From Candidatus Nomurabacteria bacterium (lineage in GTDB: Bacteria; Patescibacteriota; Minisyncoccia; Phycocordibacterales; CALRBL01), in assembly GCA_963834935.1 (NCBI GenBank), contig CAWIDS010000001.1, positions 367,642 to 431,641 of the forward strand: a DNA stretch of 64,000 nucleotides, read 5' to 3'. Positions within the stretch are counted from its first letter, which is position 1. Each line of letters opens with the position of its first letter. A program made the position numbers and the translations under genes. The notes beneath the pieces were generated by a model. It was not told where the DNA came from, made no database searches, and saw only the letters and a list, made by a program, of their open reading frames with translations. Shown one piece after another: positions 18,447 to 28,256 of this stretch.

Positions 18447-18803
18447 TTATAGCTTCAGTCTTGAAGGATAGGAATTGAGGAACACTCCGTAACAGAGACG
18501 TTTGCGGAACTTTAATGCTTCAAGCTGGCTGATGCTGCGCTTCCTTCTGTGGATCTCTTCGATCACATCATGGCATGAAGTATTCTTCTCTCCGATCCGG
18601 AGAGGAACGATTGCCATGCTTTCCTTCTCGTTCAGGAATCTTTTGATCAGCCGGCCGATATCAGGAAGAATTACAGTCTGGATTGAGCTCGCCCTTATCC
18701 CGTAAAATCGGCGGAAATGAAGAGCAAGCTCTTCTCCTGTAGCATGATTCCTGAGCCCTAGCGCAAAAATGACACCTGTCTCTCGTCGTACTCTTGTATG
18801 CAT
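18447..18803 (-). CDS. Hypothetical protein
   Basis: 118-aa ORF convergent with fusA, with a shared hairpin terminator between them. No recognisable motifs. Confidence 0.35.
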   Translation of the reverse strand: MHTRVRRETGVIFALGLRNHATGEELALHFRRFYGIRASSIQTVILPDIGRLIKRFLNEKESMAIVPLRIGEKNTSCHDVIEEIHRRKRSISQLEALKFRKRLCYGVFLNSYPSRLKL

Positions 18804-18897
18804 ATCTCAGTGCGATGTTACTCTCAATATTCCAAAAATCAAGCAAATAAAAAAGCGCCTTTTAAGGGGCGCAGGTTTGGGAAGGCTATCAGGATGC

Positions 18898-19686
18898 TCA
18901 GGAACCGCCAATAGGCACGACCCCTCCTTTTTCATCAGGAGCAGTCCTGACGGACTCGATGTATCGGGAAAGCTTCTCTTCATCGAAGAGAGACTGGAAT
19001 ACATTTCTTTGCCTGAGCGAAGGTTCTATCTCGTCGCCGACATAGAACCATGCTTGAGACATTCCTCTACGAATTTCACCGTTGACGAACGGATTTCCGT
19101 GGAGGTTGAGGTGTATCACGTCTTTCTCGCCGTTCTTGCCGACGCCGGTTATGAGGCGTTTCCTGACAAACTCTCCGTTTGCATGAATACCGGTCGGATC
19201 GGTCTTGAAGAACCTCTGGATCGGCAGGACGTAGCTTATCGGGCTATACTCAGTTGGTTCGAACATGAGCTCTCCTTCGATGAGGCCGATGTAGAGCGTG
19301 TAGTGCGTCCGATACTGCTCGCTTTGGACCATGCCAGTCTCTCTGGTCTCCGCCAAAAGCATAGCCAAGAGCTTGTCCTGGTTATTCCGGAGCTTCTTGT
19401 TGAGGATGAGGACAGGATCGATGCTTTCCCGCTTGAAGCCATAAAGGCGAAGAAGCTGATCGTGCAGAGGGTCGCCGGTAGTCTCACCAGCATCCAATTT
19501 CGCGATCATCGCTTCCTTTGCAACCTCAAGTTCTCGGCCGTAGCTTTCGCGGGTTTTTCTCATTCCTATTTCTGCTTGTCGCAGCGCTTCCTCAGATCTC
19601 AAGACTGCTTCTTTGAAAGCATTTGGTATCTTCAGGAAGTGTTCAGGATTCAGCGGTTCTTTCACATTTTCACTCATAATTCGCAA
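18898..19686 (-). CDS. Hypothetical protein
   Basis: 262-aa ORF with balanced composition, between fusA and tuf on the opposite strand. No family recognised. Confidence 0.45.
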   Translation of the reverse strand: MRIMSENVKEPLNPEHFLKIPNAFKEAVLRSEEALRQAEIGMRKTRESYGRELEVAKEAMIAKLDAGETTGDPLHDQLLRLYGFKRESIDPVLILNKKLRNNQDKLLAMLLAETRETGMVQSEQYRTHYTLYIGLIEGELMFEPTEYSPISYVLPIQRFFKTDPTGIHANGEFVRKRLITGVGKNGEKDVIHLNLHGNPFVNGEIRRGMSQAWFYVGDEIEPSLRQRNVFQSLFDEEKLSRYIESVRTAPDEKGGVVPIGGS

Positions 19687-19743
19687 AGTTCAGTCTAGGT
19701 TTAGGGTTTATCTCTTCCGAAACATTACTCTACCTTAGGGTAT

Positions 19744-19770
19744 TTGACAACAATCTTTCTTTTGTATACT
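19744..19770 (+). promoter_or_regulatory. Promoter-like element upstream of tuf (TTGACA ... TGtATACT)
   Basis: TTGACA at 19744–19749 and an extended −10 TGTATACT at 19763–19770, with a 15–16-nt spacer. Confidence 0.4.
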
Positions 19771-19902
19771 ATTGCTCCTACAACGCTTTTGCGTTTTGTT
19801 TTCGCTCGTTTTTAGCAATTTATCAAGCCGGCTCTAGGTTACTCAGAAGTTTTTAATGGCTTTTGAGAGAACTATAGCCACAATATTAACTAAATAAAAT
19901 AT

Positions 19903-21093
19903 ATGGCAGATGCATTTGATCGTTCAAAGCCTCACGTTAACGTAGGTACTATCGGACACGTTGACCACGGAAAGACCACTTTAACAGCGGCTATTCTTAG
20001 CGTCCTCGGACGAGCAGGAATGGATGTAAAGCTACGCGCAGTAGACGAGATTGACGGTGCTCCCGAGGAAAAAGCTCGAGGAATCACTATTTCCCTATCC
20101 CACAACGAGTATTCAACAAACGCAAGACATTACGCTCACATTGACGCCCCAGGTCACGCCGATTACATCAAGAACATGATTACTGGTGCCGCTCAGATGG
20201 ACGGCGCTATCCTCGTGGTAGCCGCAACTGACGGTGCTATGCCTCAGACTCGGGAGCACGTTCTTCTCGCAAAGCAGGTCGGAGTACCTAAGATTATTGT
20301 TTTCCTCAATAAATGCGACATGGTTGATGACAAAGACATGATCGACCTCGTCGAAGCTGAAATCCGAGAATTGCTTGCAAAGCAGGGATTTGACGAAAAC
20401 GCTCCAGTTATCCGAGGTTCAGCCCTGAAGGCCCTTGAAGCCAAGGACAACACTGACGAATGGTCAAAGAAAGTCCTCGAACTCGCTGATGCTCTTGATA
20501 ATTACATCCCAATGCCGGTCCGAGAGACTGACAAGCCATTCCTTATGCCTATCGAAGACATCTTCTCGATCGAAGGACGAGGAACCGTGGTAACGGGACG
20601 AATCGAGCGAGGTATAGTAAAAGTTGGTGAAGACGTAGAAATCGTCGGTATAAAGCCAACCTCAAAGACTACTGTTACTGGTATCGAAATGTTCAACAAG
20701 CAGCTTACTGAAGGTATGGCTGGAGACAATGCAGGAATTCTCCTTCGAGGTACCAAAAAAGAAGACCTTACTCGAGGCCAGGTTCTTGCAAAGGTTGGTT
20801 CAGTGACTCCTCATACCGAATTCGAAGCTGAAGTCTACATCTTGAAGAAAGAGGAAGGAGGACGACATACTCCATTCTTCTCAGGATACAAGCCTCAGTT
20901 CTACGTCCGAACAACAGACGTTACTGGAGAAGTGACATTGAAAGAAGGCGTTGAAATGGTTATGCCTGGAGATACCGTTACTTTCAAAGTTAAGCTCGTA
21001 GCCCCAGTCGCCCTTGAAGACAAGACACGATTCGCTATCCGAGAAGGAGGCAAGACTGTAGGTGCCGGAGTGGTCACAAAGATCGTAGCCTAA
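19903..21093 (+). CDS. tuf: Elongation factor Tu
   Basis: [18 protein letters not shown] and NKCD G-domain motifs. Length 396 aa. Confidence 0.95.
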   Translation: MADAFDRSKPHVNVGTIGHVDHGKTTLTAAILSVLGRAGMDVKLRAVDEIDGAPEEKARGITISLSHNEYSTNARHYAHIDAPGHADYIKNMITGAAQMDGAILVVAATDGAMPQTREHVLLAKQVGVPKIIVFLNKCDMVDDKDMIDLVEAEIRELLAKQGFDENAPVIRGSALKALEAKDNTDEWSKKVLELADALDNYIPMPVRETDKPFLMPIEDIFSIEGRGTVVTGRIERGIVKVGEDVEIVGIKPTSKTTVTGIEMFNKQLTEGMAGDNAGILLRGTKKEDLTRGQVLAKVGSVTPHTEFEAEVYILKKEEGGRHTPFFSGYKPQFYVRTTDVTGEVTLKEGVEMVMPGDTVTFKVKLVAPVALEDKTRFAIREGGKTVGAGVVTKIVA

Positions 21094-21115
21094 GCGTTTC
21101 CCTAATCCTGACTTC

Positions 21116-21484
21116 ATGTCAACAACACAAACAACACCAAAAAAGAAAACAGCTCCTAAGGTTTCGAAGGAAGCAGGCGAACCCAAGCTTCGGATCCGCG
21201 TTCGCGCTTACGAGTCGAAGGTTCTCGACAATTCAGTGAAGCAGATCATGGATACTGCACTTCGATACGATGCGAAGATCCTCGGTCCGATTCCTCTTCC
21301 TACCGAAATCAAGAAATACACCGTCAACCGAGCGTCATTCGTATACAAGAATGCCCGTGAGCAGTTCGAAATGCGCGTCCACAAGCGTCTTATAGACATC
21401 CTGAACCCGTCTCCCCGCATCATCGAAGCCCTTACCAACCTTAACTTGCCATCAGGAGTCAATATCGACGTGAAAATGCTCTAA
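21116..21484 (+). CDS. rpsJ: 30S ribosomal protein S10 (with a Lys-rich N-terminal extension)
   Basis: RIRVRAYESKVLD...LPTEIKKYTV matches the S10 core. It sits 22 nt after tuf. Confidence 0.9.
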   Translation: MSTTQTTPKKKTAPKVSKEAGEPKLRIRVRAYESKVLDNSVKQIMDTALRYDAKILGPIPLPTEIKKYTVNRASFVYKNAREQFEMRVHKRLIDILNPSPRIIEALTNLNLPSGVNIDVKML

Positions 21485-21497
21485 AATCAATATCTGT

Positions 21498-22130
21498 ATG
21501 AAATACATCCTAGGAACAAAAGAATATATGACCCAGATCTTCAATGATGAAGGCGCGGTCATTCCTGTCACTCTCATCAAGGTTGCTCCTGCGGTGGTCA
21601 CACAGGTAAAGAGCAAGGAAAATGACGGCTATCAGTCGATTCAAGTCGGCTTCGGTGCCAAGAAAGAGAAAAATGCCAACAAGCCTCTCAAAGGCCATCT
21701 CAAGGATCTTGGAATGTTCCAGTATCTTCGGGAAGTCCGCCTCGACAAGGAGAAGGATGCCGCCAAGAACATGAAGAAAGATTGGACAGTAGGCGACAAG
21801 ATCGAGCCTACGGTCTTCGTTATCGGAGATGAAGTGGAAGTCTCCGCAAATTCAAAAGCAAAGGGTTTCCAAGGAGTAGTGAAGCGTCACGGTTTCAAAG
21901 GAGGCCCTCGTTCTCACGGTCAGAAGCATAGCGAACGTGAGCCAGGCTCGATTGGAACTGCAGGTTTCCAGCGCGTTTTCAAGGCTCGGCGAATGGCGGG
22001 CCGAATGGGGGGCAATCGCATTACCACCAAGAATCTCACTATCGTCAAAGTCGATGCAGAGAAGAACGAGATTTATATCAGAGGCGCAGTACCCGGCCGA
22101 AAGGGAACATTAGTAGAAATAAAAGGATAA
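21498..22130 (+). CDS. rplC: 50S ribosomal protein L3
   Basis: MKYILGTKEYMTQIF follows the L3 N-terminal pattern (GxKxGMTQ). Confidence 0.9.
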   Translation: MKYILGTKEYMTQIFNDEGAVIPVTLIKVAPAVVTQVKSKENDGYQSIQVGFGAKKEKNANKPLKGHLKDLGMFQYLREVRLDKEKDAAKNMKKDWTVGDKIEPTVFVIGDEVEVSANSKAKGFQGVVKRHGFKGGPRSHGQKHSEREPGSIGTAGFQRVFKARRMAGRMGGNRITTKNLTIVKVDAEKNEIYIRGAVPGRKGTLVEIKG

Positions 22131-22131
22131 T

Positions 22132-22803
22132 ATGGAAACTCTCATTTACACCCAGGAAGGAAAAGAAGCTCGAAAGTTCACTCTACCTGAAAGCATTTTC
22201 GGTTTGAATTGGAATGCAGACCTTGTTCATCAGGTGGTCGTCTCGGAAGAATCGAATCGCCGCACGAATGTCGCTCACACCAAGACACGCGGAGAAGTAT
22301 CCGGAGGAGGCAAGAAGCCTTGGCAGCAGAAAGGTACCGGCCGCGCCCGACACGGATCAACCCGATCTCCGATCTGGGTAGGAGGAGGTGTCGCTCATGG
22401 TCCCCGAAACAACAAGAATTTCGATCGAAAGGTCAACAAGAAGATGAAGGCAAAAGCCCTCTACACTATTCTTGCAAAGAAGTATAGGGATGGCGAACTT
22501 ATCTTCATCGATTCATTCACTTTTGAGCCGAAGACCAAGCTTGCCAAAGGCTTCATCGAGACTATGGCAAAGGTAAAAGGCTTCGAGCGATTGGGCACCA
22601 AGAAAACCAACAAGGCATACATCGCTACTTCAACAAAAGAATTGGCTGCGCGACGGGCTTTCAATAACATTAGCAATATCTTCGTCGGAGACATGCGAAA
22701 TCTTCATCCAGTCGATATCCTGAACTTCAAGTACTTGATCATTACCAACCCTGAAGATTCCATCAAGACTCTTGAAGCAAAGATGAATCCAGCAACAAAA
22801 TAA
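22132..22803 (+). CDS. rplD: 50S ribosomal protein L4
   Basis: KPWQQKGTGRARHGS..PIWVGGGVAHGP. Confidence 0.9.
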   Translation: METLIYTQEGKEARKFTLPESIFGLNWNADLVHQVVVSEESNRRTNVAHTKTRGEVSGGGKKPWQQKGTGRARHGSTRSPIWVGGGVAHGPRNNKNFDRKVNKKMKAKALYTILAKKYRDGELIFIDSFTFEPKTKLAKGFIETMAKVKGFERLGTKKTNKAYIATSTKELAARRAFNNISNIFVGDMRNLHPVDILNFKYLIITNPEDSIKTLEAKMNPATK

Positions 22804-22807
22804 TCAT

Positions 22808-23089
22808 ATGAACCAGCCAAACACCAACGTCATCAGGAAGCTTCATGTCACCGAGAAATCGAGCCTTCTTTCGGAAGGCGGAGTATATTCGTTCGAAGTG
22901 GAGAAGTCTGCCACTAAGAAGCAGATTGCCAAGAATGTCGCCCTGCTCTACAAAGTCACTCCTCTGAAGGTGAGCGTCATCAACATGAAGTCTAAGGCTG
23001 TATTTTCACGCGGAAAAGCGGGAAAAACCTCCTCATTCAAAAAGGCTTACGTCTATCTCAAGAAAGGGGATGTCATTGATATGGCATAG
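22808..23089 (+). CDS. rplW: 50S ribosomal protein L23
   Basis: Position between L4 and L2, and VIRKLHVTEKS..YSFEV matches the L23 pattern. Confidence 0.85.
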   Translation: MNQPNTNVIRKLHVTEKSSLLSEGGVYSFEVEKSATKKQIAKNVALLYKVTPLKVSVINMKSKAVFSRGKAGKTSSFKKAYVYLKKGDVIDMA

Positions 23090-23106
23090 CATTTAATAAT
23101 AAAATC

Positions 23107-23949
23107 ATGAAGCACTACAAACCAACATCACCATCGAGACGAAACATGTCGACAACGACATATCGAGGAGTCATCACTGCAAGCGAGCCTCTCAAGTCTC
23201 TTACCTCAGGCTTCAAGCGATCTGTAGGACGCAACCATCATGGCCGCGTCACCACCCGCCACAAGGGAGCAGGACACAAGCGCCTTTTCCGTGATGTTGA
23301 TTTCAAATATAATAAGCGGGATATCGAAGGAAAGATCGCCACTGTCGAATATGATCCGAACCGAGGCGGATTCATCAGCTTGGTCGTCTACAAGGACGGC
23401 GAGAAACGATATTCCCTTTTCCCCAAGACTCTCAAAGTCGGCGATGCAGTCATCGCTTCAGAAAAAGCCCCTGTTACTCCCGGAAACAAGCTTCCTCTTC
23501 GAAACATTCCAGTCGGAACATTCGTTTATGCCGTCGAGCTCCGGCCTCAAGGCGGCGCAAAGATAGCTCGAGGCGCAGGAAACTACGCTGAGGTCATCGC
23601 TCAAGATGGTGGCTATACTCAGGTCAAATTGCCTTCATCAGAAGTTCGAAAGATCATTGATACCGCTTGGGCTACAGTAGGTGAAGTAGCAAATGACGAA
23701 CGACGCTTGGTCAATTTCGGAAAAGCGGGACGGAGTCGATGGATGGGTATCCGACCAACTGTCCGAGGTACTGCTATGAACCCGGTTGATCATCCTCATG
23801 GAGGAGGAGAAGGACGACAGGGCCGAGGACGCCGACGCGCCATCTCAGTCTATGGAAAACCGACAGGCAAGGGTCAGAAATCTCGAACTCCAAAGAAATA
23901 CTCGAACAATCTCATCGTCTCTCGACGAAAAGTAGGAAAGAAGAAATAG
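23107..23949 (+). CDS. rplB: 50S ribosomal protein L2
   Basis: MNPVDHPHGGGEGR and GKPTGKGQKSR. Confidence 0.95.
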   Translation: MKHYKPTSPSRRNMSTTTYRGVITASEPLKSLTSGFKRSVGRNHHGRVTTRHKGAGHKRLFRDVDFKYNKRDIEGKIATVEYDPNRGGFISLVVYKDGEKRYSLFPKTLKVGDAVIASEKAPVTPGNKLPLRNIPVGTFVYAVELRPQGGAKIARGAGNYAEVIAQDGGYTQVKLPSSEVRKIIDTAWATVGEVANDERRLVNFGKAGRSRWMGIRPTVRGTAMNPVDHPHGGGEGRQGRGRRRAISVYGKPTGKGQKSRTPKKYSNNLIVSRRKVGKKK

Positions 23950-23959
23950 GAACACTTGG

Positions 23960-25324
23960 ATGAAAATTCCCTCAAAAGTACATTTCTGGCATAAATGCAT
24001 CGAATGCCAGTCAGTCTATACGCCTGATTCGTTTCTATATACTTGCCCGAAATGTGGCGGCCTGCTTTCTGTCGAGCGTGATGAGAAATGGATAGACAAG
24101 AAAGTAGGAAAAGGCAAAGCCGCCCAGAAATATTTCGATAATATCCGCTACGGAAAGGCTCGAAGTGTATATCCGAATGACAGCGGAGTCTTCATGTGGC
24201 TCGATCACCTTCTTCCCGGCTTTCCTAAAGAATTAGTCATCTCCCTTCGCGAAGGATTCACGGATCTGTTTGAGATTCCGCAGTGGCTCCAGAAGCAGAT
24301 CGGTCTCAAGCATCTCTACATAAAGATGGAAGGGCAGCTTCCGTCAGAAAGCTTCAAGGATCGGGGAATGTCGCTAGCTATTTCTGAAGCGCTTCGTTTG
24401 CAGAGCGAATACCCTAAGCTTGGCATCAAGTATGTTGCTTGCGCCTCGACAGGTGACACTTCAGCAGCTGCGGCTATCTACAGCGCCTACGTGAAAGACA
24501 AGCTCGGCTGCCTAGTTTTTCTTCCTCATGAGCGCATTTCCCCTGGCCAGCTTTTCCAGGCAATGGCACATGGAGCCAAGGTCCTGGCTATCAAGCACAA
24601 GAAAGGCTTCGATGGCTGCATGGAACTCATTCAGCAGTATTGCGCCAATCACCCCGAAATCGTATTGGTGAATTCAAAGAACGCTCTCAGGCTTGTCGGA
24701 CAAGAGACGATCGCGCTTGAAATATGCCAGGATCTGAGTTGGAAGGTACCGGATTGGATTTCCGTTCCTTGCGGAAACGGAGGCAACCTCACCGCGCTTC
24801 TTACCTCGCTTCTACGCATGAAGAAACGCGGACTCATCAGTAAACTTCCTAAGATTATCGTTGCTCAGACAAAAGGGGCGAACACCCTGGTGCGATGGTC
24901 AAAGAGCGATTTCAAGAAATATGCGCCAGGAGAATTCAAGGAAACCATCGCTTCAGCCATGAATATCCAAAGCCCTGTTAGCTTTCCTCGCATCAAAAAG
25001 CTTTATCCGGAGTTCCGAATCGAGTTCTTCGATGTTGATGAGAAAAAGATTCAACAAAGCAGAGCTCTATTCATGAGTGCGGGGGCCAACATCTGCCCGC
25101 AGACAGCCGTCGCCTTGAATGCTGTCCTTCAGGCCAGAAAAAAGGGTAAAATCAAGGAAAACGAGGTAATAGTGACTATTGGTACGGCTAGCGGCATCAA
25201 ATTCTCAGAATCAGGCATCGAATATCACATGGGAGGCAAGAAAAACACTCACGCTAATCCTCCTTTGATAGTCGAAGGCACCCTTTCAAGCATCGAAAAA
25301 GCGGTCGGAAACGGAAAGAAATAA
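23960..25324 (+). CDS. Threonine-synthase-family PLP enzyme with N-terminal zinc ribbon, inserted in the S10 operon
   Basis: N-terminal CIECQSVYTPDSFLYTCPKCGG is a 4-Cys ribbon. ESFKDRGMSLAISEA contains the PLP-lysine motif (SFKDRG) of fold-type II / threonine synthase. The Gly-rich loop CGNGGN is present. Length 454 aa. Confidence 0.7.
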   Translation: MKIPSKVHFWHKCIECQSVYTPDSFLYTCPKCGGLLSVERDEKWIDKKVGKGKAAQKYFDNIRYGKARSVYPNDSGVFMWLDHLLPGFPKELVISLREGFTDLFEIPQWLQKQIGLKHLYIKMEGQLPSESFKDRGMSLAISEALRLQSEYPKLGIKYVACASTGDTSAAAAIYSAYVKDKLGCLVFLPHERISPGQLFQAMAHGAKVLAIKHKKGFDGCMELIQQYCANHPEIVLVNSKNALRLVGQETIALEICQDLSWKVPDWISVPCGNGGNLTALLTSLLRMKKRGLISKLPKIIVAQTKGANTLVRWSKSDFKKYAPGEFKETIASAMNIQSPVSFPRIKKLYPEFRIEFFDVDEKKIQQSRALFMSAGANICPQTAVALNAVLQARKKGKIKENEVIVTIGTASGIKFSESGIEYHMGGKKNTHANPPLIVEGTLSSIEKAVGNGKK

Positions 25325-25331
25325 TAAAGGT

Positions 25332-25359
25332 TTGACATTAGCCCAATCTTTGCTAGTAT
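25332..25359 (+). promoter_or_regulatory. Internal promoter between thrC-like gene and rpsS (TTGACAT-N-TGCTAGTAT)
   Basis: TTGACA at 25332–25337 and TGcTAGTAT ending at 25359, with a 16-nt spacer. Confidence 0.5.
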
Positions 25360-25410
25360 TGCTTTTACGGCTCTTAAAGAGCTTTTAATTTGCCCTAGAA
25401 TTTCAATTAA

Positions 25411-25752
25411 ATGACACGATCACTTAAAAAAGGACCATACGTCGAAGAACGACTCCTCAAGAAGATTGAGGGCAAAAAACCTACCGAAACCGGGGTTATT
25501 AAGACATGGTACCGCCGAAGCCAAATTTCTCCTGAGATGATTGGATTCATTTTCGGAGTCCACAATGGCAAGCAGCATATCGAGGTCCTTGTTACCGAGG
25601 AAATGGTCGGTCACCGCTTGGGAGAGTTCTCTCATACGAAGAAGTTCCTCCGACACGGAGGAAAGATGCAGAAGGAGCAGGAAGCTGCAAAGAAGGACGC
25701 TGAGATCGCCGCAGCAAAGGCCGCAAAATCATCTGACGTCGCTAAGAAATAA
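25411..25752 (+). CDS. rpsS: 30S ribosomal protein S19 (with Lys/Ala-rich C-terminal tail)
   Basis: [11 protein letters not shown]...GHRLGEF... Confidence 0.9.
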   Translation: MTRSLKKGPYVEERLLKKIEGKKPTETGVIKTWYRRSQISPEMIGFIFGVHNGKQHIEVLVTEEMVGHRLGEFSHTKKFLRHGGKMQKEQEAAKKDAEIAAAKAAKSSDVAKK

Positions 25753-25769
25753 GCCATATTTAATATTTT

Positions 25770-26105
25770 ATGAAATCTTACCTCAAAAACTATCGACAAT
25801 CTCCCCGCAAGGTCCGCCTTGTGGCTGATGCGGTACGAGGCAAGGCGGTCACTGTGGCTCTACGCGATTTGGTTTTCACCAATAAGCGCGCTACCGACCC
25901 AATCGCCAAGCTCATCCTGAGCGCGGTATCGAACGCAAAGAACAATTTCAATGCAAAGGAAGAGAATCTTTTCATAAAGGATATCCAAGTGAACAAAGGC
26001 GTCGTCCTAAAAAGGATGATGCCTCGAGCTCGCGGATCAGCATCAAGGATTAACAAGCGCTCAAGCCATATTTCAGTGGTCTTGGAAGAAAAGCAGAGCA
26101 AATAA
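25770..26105 (+). CDS. rplV: 50S ribosomal protein L22
   Basis: Operon position and an L22-like basic sequence ([15 protein letters not shown]). Confidence 0.9.
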   Translation: MKSYLKNYRQSPRKVRLVADAVRGKAVTVALRDLVFTNKRATDPIAKLILSAVSNAKNNFNAKEENLFIKDIQVNKGVVLKRMMPRARGSASRINKRSSHISVVLEEKQSK

Positions 26106-26112
26106 TAATTTT

Positions 26113-26787
26113 ATGTCACACAACGTCCACCCATATTCTCATAGGCTTGGAATTATCAGAGACTGGAAGTCTCGTTGGTTCGGCGACAACAAGCAGTATC
26201 GCGATTTTTTGAAGTGCGATATCCTCATCCGGCAGTTCCTTGAGAAGCGCCTTAAGGGCATGTATGTGAGTGGTATTGAAATCGAGCGAAGCCAGAAGAC
26301 ATTCCGCATCGTCATCAAGACATCTCGCCCCGGAATGATCATCGGCCGAAGCGGGGAAGGAGCGACAAAGCTCCGAAACGACATCGTAAAGAAGCTTGAT
26401 GCGATTGGGATTAGCCACGGCGAGGAACTGAAGATTGACATCGAGGAAATCAAGTCGCCGGAATCGAATTCGGCTATCGTAGTTCAGATGATCGCTGAAG
26501 GTCTCGAGAAGCGAATGCCTTTCAGGAGAGTGATGAAGCAGATGGTAGAGAAAGTCATGGCTAATCGAGACGTTCAGGGAGTAAAGATATACCTCGGAGG
26601 CCGCCTCGGCGGTGCGGATATGGCACGTTCAGAAGTGCTGAAGAAAGGACGCATCCCTCTTCAGACATTCCGCGCGGATATCGATTACGCGATCGGCCGG
26701 GCGACTATCCCTCAGGGAGATCTCGGAATCAAAGTCTGGATCTACAAGGGAGAGATCTTCGCTAATGAGGAAAGCAAAACTAATTAA
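26113..26787 (+). CDS. rpsC: 30S ribosomal protein S3
   Basis: KH-domain region (GIEIERS..IVIKTSRPGMIIGRSG) and the S3 C-terminal domain. Confidence 0.9.
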   Translation: MSHNVHPYSHRLGIIRDWKSRWFGDNKQYRDFLKCDILIRQFLEKRLKGMYVSGIEIERSQKTFRIVIKTSRPGMIIGRSGEGATKLRNDIVKKLDAIGISHGEELKIDIEEIKSPESNSAIVVQMIAEGLEKRMPFRRVMKQMVEKVMANRDVQGVKIYLGGRLGGADMARSEVLKKGRIPLQTFRADIDYAIGRATIPQGDLGIKVWIYKGEIFANEESKTN

Positions 26788-26792
26788 TCTTT

Positions 26793-27224
26793 ATGGCATC
26801 CCTAATTCCTAAAAAAGTAAAGCATCGAAAATGGCAGACTGGCCGTGTAAATCCTAAGAAAGTAGGAGTTGAGACGCGGGGTACCACTCTTTCTTTCGGC
26901 TCATACGGCATCAAAGCCGTCAGTGCTGCTCGCATCCGCTCGAATCAGATAGAATCAGCCCGAAAGGTATTGGCCCGCTCAGTGAGCAAAGTAGGGAGAA
27001 TGTGGATACGTGTCTTTACCGACCGTCCTTACACCGCAAAGCCTGCAGAGGTGGGAATGGGCAAAGGAAAAGGAGATCCGCAAGGATATTGTTTCGAAGT
27101 GAAGCCGGGCCGAGTCCTTTTCGAAATTGATGGAGTTCCAGAAGCGGTTGCACGCGAGGCCCTTCGAAAGGCGGGAACGAAGCTTCCTGTGAAGATAAAG
27201 ATCCTTAAGCGCGAACAAGCATAA
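26793..27224 (+). CDS. rplP: 50S ribosomal protein L16
   Basis: MASLIPKKVKHRKWQTGR follows the L16 N-terminal pattern. Confidence 0.9.
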   Translation: MASLIPKKVKHRKWQTGRVNPKKVGVETRGTTLSFGSYGIKAVSAARIRSNQIESARKVLARSVSKVGRMWIRVFTDRPYTAKPAEVGMGKGKGDPQGYCFEVKPGRVLFEIDGVPEAVAREALRKAGTKLPVKIKILKREQA

Positions 27225-27228
27225 ACAT

Positions 27229-27398
27229 ATGAAAAAAGAATCACAAACGCTTTTAATAGAGAAGAGAAAGAAGCTTGCCGAGTTCCGCTTCAATATTTCG
27301 ACGGGCAAGATAAAGAACGTGAAGGAAGGCAGGGCTCTCCGAAAAGACATTGCCCGCATCCTTACTGAAGCCAACATGGAAGCGAAAAAAGCATAAAT
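27229..27398 (+). CDS. rpmC: 50S ribosomal protein L29 (56 aa; below ORF-track cutoff)
   Basis: Manual translation from ATG 27229 gives MKKESQTLLIEKRKKLAEFRFNISTGKIKNVKEGRALRKDIARILTEANMEAKKA, an L29-like helical basic protein in the expected slot between L16 and S17. Confidence 0.7.
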
Positions 27399-27400
27399 TT

Positions 27401-27643
27401 ATGAATACAACAAAAATCACAAAGAAAACCCTTTCGGGAATCGTGGTCTCAGACAAGATGAAGGACACCGCCGTCGTAAAGGTGGTCCGGTTTGTCAAAC
27501 ACCCGAAGTATGGTAAATTCCAGAAGCTTGCCAAGAAATTCAAGGCTGATGACAAGGGAAATACCGTGAAGATCGGAGACAAGGTTTCCATCGAGGAATG
27601 CCGCCCGATTTCCAAAGACAAGCATTTCAGAATAGTAAAATAA
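27401..27643 (+). CDS. rpsQ: 30S ribosomal protein S17
   Basis: ATG at 27401 gives MNTTKITKKTLSGIVVSDKM..TAVV.V.R..HPKYGK, the S17 pattern. Confidence 0.85.
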   Translation: MNTTKITKKTLSGIVVSDKMKDTAVVKVVRFVKHPKYGKFQKLAKKFKADDKGNTVKIGDKVSIEECRPISKDKHFRIVK

Positions 27644-27647
27644 TAAT

Positions 27648-28019
27648 ATGATCCAGCCAAGAAGCATCGTGAATATCAGTGACAACTCCGGAGGAAAGAT
27701 CGGCCGTATCTTCAAAGTGCTCGGAAGCTCGAAGAAGCGATATGCCGAAATAGGAGATATTGTCGTCCTTTCAGTCCAGAAGGCTGAGCCTCGAAAAGGA
27801 GTAAAGAAGAAAGATGTCCTTCAGGCGGTGGTCGTAAGGCAGAAGAAGGCGCTCCGCCGAGTCGACGGATCATACATCCGATTCGACGAGAATGCGGTGG
27901 TCATCCTTGAAAAGGGAAAGAAAGAGCCTTTAGCCGGACGCGTCTTCGGTCCTATCCCGAGGGAAATCGCAGAGCAGGGTTACCAGAAAATAGCGTCGCT
28001 TGCGCCTGAAATCGTATAA
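27648..28019 (+). CDS. rplN: 50S ribosomal protein L14
   Basis: MIQPRSIVNISDNSGGK. Confidence 0.9.
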   Translation: MIQPRSIVNISDNSGGKIGRIFKVLGSSKKRYAEIGDIVVLSVQKAEPRKGVKKKDVLQAVVVRQKKALRRVDGSYIRFDENAVVILEKGKKEPLAGRVFGPIPREIAEQGYQKIASLAPEIV

Positions 28020-28032
28020 CTGAAAAATTAAA

Positions 28033-28251
28033 ATGATTAAAAAAGGAGACAAAATAATAGTGTTGGCAGGAAAAGACAAAGGCAAGACCGGCACTGTTGA
28101 GCGCGTCTTGCCTAAGGAGGATATGATCATCGTCTCCGGCGTCAATATCAAGAAGAAACACCGCAGGGCCCGAAAGACCAACGAGAAGGGATCTATTGTC
28201 GAGGTTGCTTCTCCTTTCCACATATCGAATGCCAAGAAAGCAGACAAATAA
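28033..28251 (+). CDS. rplX: 50S ribosomal protein L24 (short form)
   Basis: MIKKGDKIIVLAGKDKGKTG.V is the KOW motif. Length 72 aa. Confidence 0.8.
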   Translation: MIKKGDKIIVLAGKDKGKTGTVERVLPKEDMIIVSGVNIKKKHRRARKTNEKGSIVEVASPFHISNAKKADK

Positions 28252-28256
28252 ATCTT

